Part shown: piece by piece, positions 38,430 to 46,731 of the stretch
Layout: the number at the start of each line of letters is the position of its first letter
Numbering within the stretch: the stretch's first letter is position 1
DNA from: a virus
Virus record (IMG/VR): IMGVR_UViG_3300025849_000009
DNA length: 64,000 bases
Strand: one strand, 5' to 3'
Made by a program: the position numbers and the translations under genes
The notes under the pieces: model-generated
Told to the model about the DNA's origin: nothing
What the model saw: the letters and a program-made list of their open reading frames with translations, nothing else
Database searches by the model: none

Positions 38430-40538
38430 TTATTGTCCCAATGAGCTAGTTAACATACCAACTGCAGTACCATAATCTCCATCTGCTTTAGATAAAATAC
38501 CGTCTATAACTTTTTTAGCTTTGGTTTTGTCAAAATCCTCTCCAAATGCTTTTTGCAAAACAGTTATCGCATATTCTTCAAATTCTTCATCCGAATTAAC
38601 TTCTGATTCAGTAACTACTGATTCAAAGTAATCTTCATAATCAGAAACTGAATCCGGACCCCATACATCAGCTAAGACCTTTTCAATATCTTTTCTTTTA
38701 CCAGTTAATTTAACTTCAGGGTAACCATGGTCTCCTTCTTCTTTTTCAACTTCCATTTCAACCCTGTTCTTCTTTAAAGATTGAACTAAAGGTTTGAATT
38801 TAGTTGGGTGGATGCCATCGTCGTTTCCAAATTCTATACCTGAAAGAGAGGCTTCAGTAACTACTGATTCATTGTATAAATGAACATAGTTTTTATTTTT
38901 CTCAGAATAAACTGATTTGATTTCAAATTCTTTTTGTCCTTTTGTATAATATGCTTTAAAGAATAAATTTTCATCAAACTCTCCAAAGAAATGATCTGAT
39001 TTACCGATAAAGAATTCAGCGTTTGGATAAATTTCAAGAACCTCTTCTTTTGTAGTTGCCTTTAAAACCGCGTTATCAAAGTCTTTTACGAATTTAGCTT
39101 CTGTGACTGATTCACTTAATGAATTTCTTAGACCACAGTGTGTACATTCTACTGTTCCATCTTTATCAATTTGCTTATATAGGTGTCCTTTTCTATTAGT
39201 ACACTTAGGTTCGTCTGATTCAGTAACTACTGATTCTTCAATAGTAGCCTCATTATAACTTACAATATCAGAATATTCAATTTCATGTTCTTCTCCGTCT
39301 TGGTCCAATGCAAATATTGTTTTATCTCCCCACATGTCATCATTACTATCGTTGCCATTACCATATGCATAAATAACATACTCTTGTCCGTTTCCTAATT
39401 GAATCATACCATCATCAGCTTTCATAGCTTTCATTAAAGACTTTTTATTATATGATTTCTCATTAAGCGCATCTCCTTCGTCATATGCAAATGACTCAAA
39501 CATATTAAATGCATTTAGTAAAGCTTGACCTGATGCTTCTTCTTTAATACTCTCTAAATAAAGAGCAGTACCTTCAACAATCCCAATTCCTGACCAACCA
39601 GCTGCATTTGCAAGATCACTATAGTGTTTGTCTAAAATTCTTTTTGTAGTAGTAGCACCGATTGTTAAAAAGTGATTACCTAAACCTGCTACTTTTAATT
39701 CAAATGAACCTATTCTACCTTTAATGTTCTTAGATATAACTTTTTCTCTATGAAAGTTAGCATCTGTCATTGCTTCTTCGAAAAGATACTTAATACAACC
39801 TAATGTGCCTACTTTATCCATTGCACCAAAATCTGTTAGTTTCTTAGTAAATAAATTTTTATAGACGGTTAAAACTTTTTTTGCATCTCTTTTATATTGA
39901 ACTGAAATAGCTTCATTTACTGAAGTAGTTAAAGATTCAAATGCTGGATAAACATCATCATATCCTTTACCGTAAATATCTGCCATTAACCATTCTTTAT
40001 TAGCTTCATCCCATAAATATACAAATTCGGCACCGCCATCATTTGCAACATCTCTTAAATATTTAGATATATTGGCAACTTTACCTTTAGATGCTGTAAA
40101 GTTTCCATAATAATTCATCCCTGTTGGATCAGCTTCTAAACCTGAATTATCTCCATTTTTAAGAACAATGTTTAGCGGTGAGCCACCCTTTAAATATGTT
40201 TTCTTAATAAGCGGTAACACGTTTTCAGGATATGAATCATAATGCATGTATACAGAAGTGATATTTCCTCTTTTGTCAATTTTACCAATTTGTCCTCTAG
40301 TTCCTTCTTCGATTAAAACAACAGCTTCATTAATCTCAGCTCCTCTTAATTTAGTAAAAAACTCAATTCTTTGCTCTTCGGTTAATTCTTTGATAGAAGT
40401 AACTTTAAATTCACTAAGTAAATTTTTATACGTTTCTGCTTCAGTAGTTCTTTTAGTAGAATTTTCTTCTTCTATTTGCCTAGATCTATTGATTTGCGAT
40501 TCAGTTGAAAACTGATCAAAAGATTTTAATTTATGCAT
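38430..40538 (-). CDS. Modular internal head polyprotein with repeated ESVVTE linkers
   Basis: KLKSFDQFSTE N-terminus; about 8 unrelated modules separated by xNE/ESVVTE linkers. Confidence 0.65.
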   Translation of the reverse strand: MHKLKSFDQFSTESQINRSRQIEEENSTKRTTEAETYKNLLSEFKVTSIKELTEEQRIEFFTKLRGAEINEAVVLIEEGTRGQIGKIDKRGNITSVYMHYDSYPENVLPLIKKTYLKGGSPLNIVLKNGDNSGLEADPTGMNYYGNFTASKGKVANISKYLRDVANDGGAEFVYLWDEANKEWLMADIYGKGYDDVYPAFESLTTSVNEAISVQYKRDAKKVLTVYKNLFTKKLTDFGAMDKVGTLGCIKYLFEEAMTDANFHREKVISKNIKGRIGSFELKVAGLGNHFLTIGATTTKRILDKHYSDLANAAGWSGIGIVEGTALYLESIKEEASGQALLNAFNMFESFAYDEGDALNEKSYNKKSLMKAMKADDGMIQLGNGQEYVIYAYGNGNDSNDDMWGDKTIFALDQDGEEHEIEYSDIVSYNEATIEESVVTESDEPKCTNRKGHLYKQIDKDGTVECTHCGLRNSLSESVTEAKFVKDFDNAVLKATTKEEVLEIYPNAEFFIGKSDHFFGEFDENLFFKAYYTKGQKEFEIKSVYSEKNKNYVHLYNESVVTEASLSGIEFGNDDGIHPTKFKPLVQSLKKNRVEMEVEKEEGDHGYPEVKLTGKRKDIEKVLADVWGPDSVSDYEDYFESVVTESEVNSDEEFEEYAITVLQKAFGEDFDKTKAKKVIDGILSKADGDYGTAVGMLTSSLGQ
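38607..39236. repeat. Three identical 18-bp in-frame repeats encoding ESVVTE (38607-38624, 38853-38870, 39219-39236) and one degenerate copy (39099-39113)
   Basis: ttcagtaactactgattc read directly. Confidence 0.88.
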
Positions 40539-40571
40539 AATGATATTATTTTTTTATGTGTTATTATTTTA

Positions 40572-42080
40572 TTATATATCTCCTTCAAAATCTACATTTT
40601 TTACATCATATTTAAATTTCTGTTCCTTGTAGATCCTTTGCCTTTCTTTGGAGTGTCTTATTAGGTAATTATCCCAATCAGGGGAACTTAAATCATCTAC
40701 AAAATCTATAATATTAACCGAGTCTTTAGAGCTATGTTGCCTTAAACCCCTACCAATAGATTGTCTAATAATTACTTCTGATTTAAATGATTCTGTGAAG
40801 AATATGTTGTGAATTTTTTTGATGGATATACCAGTTGAGAATGTACCATATGAAGCGACAATGACGACTTGGTTTCCAGCTTCCATTTTCTTTTTGTGTT
40901 CTTCTCTAATATCTTTATCAATTCCACCATCAACATAATAAACGGATTTATCACTCTCCTGTCTGAGCTTTTCATATATTTTTTTGCCATGTTCAATTCT
41001 ATGAAAAAGAACTAAACTATTACCCTTAACCCTAGATATAATACTTGTTATAAAATTAAGCCTTCCAGGTGAATTGATCACATAGTTTTGCTCAAATTTA
41101 AAAACGTCTTTACTTTCATATCTATTCTGAGACATTTCTCTAAATGCGTCTTTTGTAGATTGAGGTGCATAGTCCATTTTAATTACCTTTACTTTACACC
41201 CTGCGATGTGTCCTTCGTTTTGTAAATAATGTGCACTTATTTCTGTAATTAATGGACCAGTATATGCCATTAACGTTAATCTATCTAACGTGCCTTCTTT
41301 TGGAATAGTTCCAGATAAACCATATTTATAATCTGCATTAATACATTTTTGTAAAATAGTTTTAATAGAGGCTGATTTTGCTTTGTGTGTTTCATCAACA
41401 ATTACTGCATCAAATTCTTCAAAATATGCTTTATCTTTTTTAACAAGTGATTGATATGTCCCAATAATGACATTTCTACCTGCCCTTAATTTTTGACCAC
41501 TATATATTTGTTGTACTTTAATATCTATTGCGTTTCTATAATTATAGTCTAAAAAATCTTCACTAGCCTGTACAACTAATGATACATTAGGTACAATAAA
41601 TAAGATCTTTTTTGCTTTTTGTTGTTCTAGTAAATATGATACTGTTAAGAATGATATTAGTGTTTTACCTGCAGAAGTTGCAAGCTCACTTAAACATCTT
41701 CTAAATTTTAGTATATTAAATGCTGCCTCTATTTGATAATCTCTTGGAGTTATCTCTGACTTTTCGAAAAAGTCTAAAGCCCATTTTGTAAATTTTTCTT
41801 GATTAATATTGGTATCAAACATGTCAGTAATACCATTGAGTTTAAACTCAAATTTATATTCTTTACATATTTGCATGACTTCTCTCCATAATCCTGAAGG
41901 AATCCATTTATCGTCTTTTATATATGAAACATATCCATCCCATAAACCCTTTTTAACCAAAGGATTAAATCGCCATGAATCAATTCTTCTATTTAAAGAA
42001 ATATTGAGTTGTTCCAGTTCTAATTCAGTTGCTTCATCAATACGTAGCAGCTGTTTGTTTTCAGTTAAACTAAGCTCCAC
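40572..42080 (-). CDS. uvsW: SF2 helicase UvsW
   Basis: PRDYQ, ATSAGKT, DETH, GLSGT, STGISIK, QSIGRGLR. Confidence 0.93.
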   Translation of the reverse strand: MELSLTENKQLLRIDEATELELEQLNISLNRRIDSWRFNPLVKKGLWDGYVSYIKDDKWIPSGLWREVMQICKEYKFEFKLNGITDMFDTNINQEKFTKWALDFFEKSEITPRDYQIEAAFNILKFRRCLSELATSAGKTLISFLTVSYLLEQQKAKKILFIVPNVSLVVQASEDFLDYNYRNAIDIKVQQIYSGQKLRAGRNVIIGTYQSLVKKDKAYFEEFDAVIVDETHKAKSASIKTILQKCINADYKYGLSGTIPKEGTLDRLTLMAYTGPLITEISAHYLQNEGHIAGCKVKVIKMDYAPQSTKDAFREMSQNRYESKDVFKFEQNYVINSPGRLNFITSIISRVKGNSLVLFHRIEHGKKIYEKLRQESDKSVYYVDGGIDKDIREEHKKKMEAGNQVVIVASYGTFSTGISIKKIHNIFFTESFKSEVIIRQSIGRGLRQHSSKDSVNIIDFVDDLSSPDWDNYLIRHSKERQRIYKEQKFKYDVKNVDFEGDI

Positions 42081-42105
42081 ATTGTTAGAGCATTTTTATT
42101 TTTCG

Positions 42106-42528
42106 TTATAGATCTTTTAATGCTAGTCTATTACGAATGGCAAATCCCATATTATCTAGGGTTTTTACCGAATCTCTAAAAAACTCAACTTGATTTTCTA
42201 GATGCGACAGTATCATATTTTCATCTGCTAAATCTGTCTCTATAAATCTTTCTTTTTGTTTTTCTCCGAGTTTATAATCATATTCATAGTATCTAATATA
42301 AGCTTCTCTATATCTGATGGCTACTTTTGCTTTTTGTTCTTTTACCTTCATATTTAAATATGACATTTGTTCCACTAGAGATTGACGCGAAGATAAAACT
42401 TCAGCAATTGTTTCTTCCATTAAATTTAAGTTTCTCAAACTCTGTGCCAATTTTTTTATATTATTTGTCCACTCAGTTCTTTGTCTGCTTAATTTTCCGT
42501 CTAATGCTAGTATGTTTTCTTTAGTCAT
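42106..42528 (-). CDS. uvsY: Recombination mediator UvsY-like
   Basis: Helical; C-terminal VEFFRDSVKTLDNMGFAIRN; adjacent to uvsW. Confidence 0.7.
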   Translation of the reverse strand: MTKENILALDGKLSRQRTEWTNNIKKLAQSLRNLNLMEETIAEVLSSRQSLVEQMSYLNMKVKEQKAKVAIRYREAYIRYYEYDYKLGEKQKERFIETDLADENMILSHLENQVEFFRDSVKTLDNMGFAIRNRLALKDL

Positions 42529-42529
42529 A

Positions 42530-42751
42530 TTAAAATAATGATTTCTTGTTAGGATTTGGTTTAATAAATTTTGATGTTATTTGCCTCTTCTTAAATTTAG
42601 GTTTTGGCATTTCCATTTCTGGAGAATTGACACTAAGATCTAATGGCTTGAAATCTATCAAAAGTTTCATACCCTTAAATCTATCACTGTCTTTTTGGAA
42701 CTCATCAAAGTTATCCTCAACCATGTCGTTAATCGTTTCTATACATACCAT
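42530..42751 (-). CDS. Hypothetical protein (73 aa)
   Basis: ORF track; ends in SLF, a possible clamp-binding tail. Confidence 0.5.
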   Translation of the reverse strand: MVCIETINDMVEDNFDEFQKDSDRFKGMKLLIDFKPLDLSVNSPEMEMPKPKFKKRQITSKFIKPNPNKKSLF

Positions 42752-43818
42752 AAATCTAATTGATTAGAAGTGAAATAATTATCGATCTTTTTATGAGCAT
42801 CGATTTTAAGCTCAAAACACTTCAATATTAAATCATTTAGATCCTTAATATTATATGTATCTAGTTTATTTTCACTAAGAAATTTAGTCCACATGAAAAC
42901 AGGACGTCCTTTTTTTAGCTTTTCTGCCATCTTCTTTTTACCTGTTGCATCATTATCAAACATGTATCTAACAGTTGGTATCTCATCAAAATCATCTGTT
43001 GATCTACCGGCAGTTGCCAAAGCCAATGAGTTATTCATAAATTTAGCATCTAATGGTCCTTCGAACATTGTTATAGGTCTTTGGAAATTTAATTGCATAA
43101 TTCCAAAAAGCGTTGATATCTTTGTAAGAGTGTTTAGTTCCTCGTTACTCATTTCTAATGGCTTACCCATTTCTTCATATAATTTTGGTAAATCATAAGT
43201 TAGATATCTTTGACCATATCCTTTCATTCTACGTGTCTGCGCGCCTATAATTTTACCATCTGTACTATAATTAAGAATCCATAGGCGAAACTCTTTATCT
43301 GAATATAGAAATTCTTCGGATCTATTATGTAATAACCTATCTTTTAATTGAAACCAAATCCAATCACCGGGTTCTATTACTTTAGCTTTAAAATGTTTCT
43401 TGAATTCTTCAACATCAATTGCTAGATTATGTATCTTTTCTAGTGCTTGGTGTTTCAATACAGACTCTGGGTTTACCTGTATTTTGTTTTGTTTGATGTA
43501 ATCGATGACCATAAAAGAGTCATTAGATGTGTCCATCTTAACATCATGATCCTTTAAAAAAGAATATAAATTAGTGTGATAACTGCAATTATAGCAATGG
43601 TATTGTAATGTATCCCAAAATATATTACCTCTCTTCTTGGTATCATCTGAATGAGAATCGCCACAATATGGACATGCACAGGTTATTCGCCCATGCATGT
43701 CCTTTAGTAGCTTCTTATTAGGAGTGGAATGTATTTGAGATACTACTTGTTTAAGTGCATATCTAATTTTATCCTTTAACTCTTCAGTAAGTTCTATGTT
43801 ATTAGATGTCGAGGTCAT
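42739..43818 (-). CDS. gp61: DNA primase (T4 gp61-like)
   Basis: CPYCGDS..KKRG, HCYNC, FEGPLDA, FDND, KDLND. Confidence 0.92.
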   Translation of the reverse strand: MTSTSNNIELTEELKDKIRYALKQVVSQIHSTPNKKLLKDMHGRITCACPYCGDSHSDDTKKRGNIFWDTLQYHCYNCSYHTNLYSFLKDHDVKMDTSNDSFMVIDYIKQNKIQVNPESVLKHQALEKIHNLAIDVEEFKKHFKAKVIEPGDWIWFQLKDRLLHNRSEEFLYSDKEFRLWILNYSTDGKIIGAQTRRMKGYGQRYLTYDLPKLYEEMGKPLEMSNEELNTLTKISTLFGIMQLNFQRPITMFEGPLDAKFMNNSLALATAGRSTDDFDEIPTVRYMFDNDATGKKKMAEKLKKGRPVFMWTKFLSENKLDTYNIKDLNDLILKCFELKIDAHKKIDNYFTSNQLDLWYV

Positions 43819-44722
43819 TCAAGAAAGAATCTAGATCATCATCTGTTGATACACTTGAAGTTGATTCTGACGTTGATGCCACAGGTGCCGCTGCTGGCTT
43901 TTCTTTTACTGCTGTTGCAGTTTTAGTTGCTGCCTTTGGAGTACTCGATGTCATCGACGCAATAGAATCACCTGGATTAAGATACATTCTTAATACATCA
44001 TTCACAAATGATCTTGTATCTTCGTCCCATGCTTGATAATCATATCCTTTTAATGAAGGAGCCGCTTCTAATTCTTCTTTGATAGTAGTCATAGTTTCTT
44101 TACTACGTTCTGCCGGAGCATCACCCATAATAATAGCTGACTTACTAGAAGAAAATTTAGATGTATCGTAGTTATTATATTCACCTTGTCTAGTGATAAC
44201 TAACTCAAAGTTTTTACCTTCGAACAAATCGAATACTTGTGTTGGTTCACCAAAGTTTGGTTTTAATTCTGCGTCGATCTTTTCTTTAATCTTATATCCA
44301 AATTTAAATACCTTGTAAGTACCTTCTAGTTCTGGATTTTGTGGATCTTTTACGATCTTTACTAAAGAATAGTATTGTTGGCGTCTTTTCAGTTTATCTG
44401 AAGATTTTCTATCTACAGCTGAATCTGATTTACGCAATTTCCAAAATACATCTGCGATAGGGCATTTTTCTCCGATTGTTGCTGGAGAATCAACTAATTT
44501 ACCATCGCCACTAGAGTTTGTTAACCAGTGTACATATTTTTGGATTAGGGAATTACGAGGGTTTTCTGGATTTGGTACAAAACGTATTAATGCTTTGTAA
44601 GTTCCGTCTTTACCGTCGTCTGCGGTTGGTTTGTAGATCTCGTTAGTAGAACTACTTGCTTGTACTTGATGCGTTTCTACGTCTTCCACGCCCAAGTTAA
44701 AAATGTCAAATGAATCACTCAT
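43802..44722 (-). CDS. gp32: Single-stranded DNA-binding protein (T4 gp32-like)
   Basis: ALIRFVP, KDPQNPELEG, FGYKI, NYDTSKF, acidic DDDLDSFL tail. Confidence 0.93.
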   Translation of the reverse strand: MSDSFDIFNLGVEDVETHQVQASSSTNEIYKPTADDGKDGTYKALIRFVPNPENPRNSLIQKYVHWLTNSSGDGKLVDSPATIGEKCPIADVFWKLRKSDSAVDRKSSDKLKRRQQYYSLVKIVKDPQNPELEGTYKVFKFGYKIKEKIDAELKPNFGEPTQVFDLFEGKNFELVITRQGEYNNYDTSKFSSSKSAIIMGDAPAERSKETMTTIKEELEAAPSLKGYDYQAWDEDTRSFVNDVLRMYLNPGDSIASMTSSTPKAATKTATAVKEKPAAAPVASTSESTSSVSTDDDLDSFLNDLDI

Positions 44723-44787
44723 ACCTTTAAATTGTTTAGTTTGTTAAAATTGTTTACCTTGAAATTACTTTAATGTTCTTTCGTTTC

Positions 44788-44815
44788 TTTATATTGTATA
44801 ATAATAAATAGTTTC
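44788..44815 (-). promoter_or_regulatory. Putative early/middle promoter GAAAC-N17-TATAAA
   Basis: Upstream of gp32. Confidence 0.7.
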
Positions 44816-44984
44816 AATTAATTGATAAGATTCCTCCAGAAGGTTCCTTCCATTTATTCTCCTCTAACTTAATCAGTCCTGATTTGTGAAGTAACTCTGA
44901 CGCTTGCTTTTCAGTAAGCTGGTTCGCTATCACCATTTTTTGTAGGATGTTTAATAAACGAAGGTAATCTGTTGTAACTAACAT
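44814..44984 (-). CDS. Small hypothetical protein (56 aa)
   Basis: Hand-translated MLVTTDYLRLLNILQK...GGILSIN; has its own promoter. Confidence 0.6.
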   Translation of the reverse strand: MLVTTDYLRLLNILQKMVIANQLTEKQASELLHKSGLIKLEENKWKEPSGGILSIN

Positions 44985-45011
44985 GTAATTTATACTTTTG
45001 TTATTATACTT

Positions 45012-45039
45012 ATTATATATCTAACCTTTAATTTGTTTC
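45012..45039 (-). promoter_or_regulatory. Overlapping GAAAC-N17-TATAAT and GATATATA promoters
   Basis: TGAAACAAATTAAAGGTTAGATATATAAT. Confidence 0.65.
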
Positions 45040-45074
45040 ATCTGGGATTAATTTTAATTTTTTTTAAAATAAAA

Positions 45075-45104
45075 TGAAACAGTTTTTCGGTAAGTGCATA
45101 TAAC
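45075..45104 (+). promoter_or_regulatory. Plus-strand promoter-like motif TGAAAC-N18-TATAAC
   Basis: Divergent from the 45012-45039 promoter; the only plus-strand copy noticed. Confidence 0.4.
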
Positions 45105-45130
45105 AAATGTTAGTTAAGCCAGAAGTTAGA

Positions 45131-45781
45131 TTAGGCTTGGGGGTTTGAAACGTATGATGCTAGAAAATAAGCGTCCACTAAGTCATCTAATGGCTTCGGG
45201 ATCTTCTTCCCAATTTCTAGGTCTTTGACTATTTTCCACAAAGGGCTTTTAGCCAAGATTTGGTCTTCGTTCACATTTTTCTGGTAAGCTTCAAATAATT
45301 GTAGTTTATTCATGTTACCCTTACCTGCAAACTTCTTAATTGTAGTAGGAGCAACAGTAAGTAAATCTTCTGGATTTAAGGTCTTTAAAAGTTTAAGCTT
45401 TAAGATTGCGGCTCCTGCTGCCATATCAATCATATTGTTAGTTCCCATTTTGGAACCATATGATGTACCTTCGAATGCTATGGTGAAACCATCACCCTCA
45501 AAAGAATTTTGTAATATTAGGTTGATTAAGTCATCAGCCATTTTATCATATCTCTTTACCTTTAAGAGTTCGGCACTTGAGAAAGCTTCATTGTTTGTAA
45601 AATCAGGTTGATTAACTAAAGTGACATCTTCTAATAGAGAAATCTCTTCTTGAAGTCTTTGTTCTGCTTTAGTTCCTGTTTTAGGTTTTATATAACTAAT
45701 AAAATGATAACTCTTTTTTTTATCATTATATATGGCTAAACCTGGAGAATTTAAAGAAAAATCTACTGCTAAATAATTCAT
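45131..45781 (-). CDS. RuvC-like (RNase H fold) nuclease/resolvase
   Basis: AVDFSLNSPG, AFEG, PTTIKKFAGKGN, DDLVDAY. Confidence 0.8.
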   Translation of the reverse strand: MNYLAVDFSLNSPGLAIYNDKKKSYHFISYIKPKTGTKAEQRLQEEISLLEDVTLVNQPDFTNNEAFSSAELLKVKRYDKMADDLINLILQNSFEGDGFTIAFEGTSYGSKMGTNNMIDMAAGAAILKLKLLKTLNPEDLLTVAPTTIKKFAGKGNMNKLQLFEAYQKNVNEDQILAKSPLWKIVKDLEIGKKIPKPLDDLVDAYFLASYVSNPQA

Positions 45782-46150
45782 TTACAGTTTTTTACCTAGA
45801 GCAGCACCTAATGCGGCGCCTACAAGTCTAGAAGTTAGTAAATCATAAAATACACCTTTTTGGATACCAAGAACTTTTGCTAGCATTTTACCAATAGATT
45901 TCCCTAAAGCAAAACCTGTAAGTCCACCAATAATCGATCCAAAGAAACCTTCATTAGTCATCTCTTCATTAAGTCTCTCAATATCATAAGAACCATCTTC
46001 GTTTTGATATTCTGAGGCAAAAGATTCTAACGCCGCATCTATTTTCTCTTCTAACTCTGGAGTCCAAGTTTCTTGAAGTCCCTCATTAATAAGTTCTAAA
46101 TCCTGTTCGTTAACAGCGTTTTCAATTAAATATGTATTAAATGTTTTCAT
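45782..46150 (-). CDS. Putative virion protein: targeting motif, acidic pro-region, glycine-zipper membrane segment
   Basis: MKTFNTYLIE...TNE-GFFGSIIGGLTGFALG...GAALGAALGKKL. Confidence 0.6.
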   Translation of the reverse strand: MKTFNTYLIENAVNEQDLELINEGLQETWTPELEEKIDAALESFASEYQNEDGSYDIERLNEEMTNEGFFGSIIGGLTGFALGKSIGKMLAKVLGIQKGVFYDLLTSRLVGAALGAALGKKL

Positions 46151-46154
46151 GTAT

Positions 46155-46162
46155 TATATATC
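46155..46162 (-). promoter_or_regulatory. Putative late promoter GATATATA
   Basis: 4 nt upstream of the ATG at 46150. Confidence 0.65.
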
Positions 46163-46167
46163 TTATT

Positions 46168-46722
46168 TTATTCTAATTCTAATCTAAGGTTTAATCTATT
46201 GTAAAAGAACGTAACTTCAAACGTTTGAAAAGATGCAACGTTTTCTGCAAAATTTAAATTTAATTCATTAATAGAGTTCATGATACAATCTGTAAATTCC
46301 ATGTATGCAACTGATGCCCCTTCCGCATCTAATATTCTTAAAGTTAATGGAGATTCTATATGAGACTGTTTAGTGGATCTAGCATAATACCATAAAAGTG
46401 TATCCATCATGATCCAATAATTAATAAACCCATCTAGTAATTGCATACTAACCGTGAATTCTCTATTAATTGTATTTTGTATAGGTATTGCACCTCTGTG
46501 ATACCTTATAGAGCCATCATTATCTTCTTGTGTTAACGGATTAAAAGAAACACCTGGTATATTAATACCTTGAATGCTATAGTTTATAAAATCCACAGGT
46601 TCAGATAATAAACCACCTGGCACATTGTTAATGTATTTTTTATATTTATCAGCAACTTCTTTAGGTACAAATCCTCTTGGAAATCTAAAGTCGAATGAAT
46701 TATTTCTACTATTTAAGATCAT
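46168..46722 (-). CDS. Tail tube terminator/tube-fold protein (T4 gp3-like)
   Basis: QGINIPGVSF, FINYWIMMD, LRILD, FEVTFFY. Confidence 0.65.
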   Translation of the reverse strand: MILNSRNNSFDFRFPRGFVPKEVADKYKKYINNVPGGLLSEPVDFINYSIQGINIPGVSFNPLTQEDNDGSIRYHRGAIPIQNTINREFTVSMQLLDGFINYWIMMDTLLWYYARSTKQSHIESPLTLRILDAEGASVAYMEFTDCIMNSINELNLNFAENVASFQTFEVTFFYNRLNLRLELE

Positions 46723-46731
46723 CGTTTTTTA

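Noticed and set aside
38607-39236. CRISPR-like interpretation of the 18-bp repeats
   Set aside because: Intervals are 105-228 nt or more and in-frame coding; no cas genes
45131-45781. TnpB/Cas12-like RuvC nuclease
   Set aside because: Only 216 aa, with no zinc finger, REC/WED region or array; fits a stand-alone phage RuvC-like enzyme
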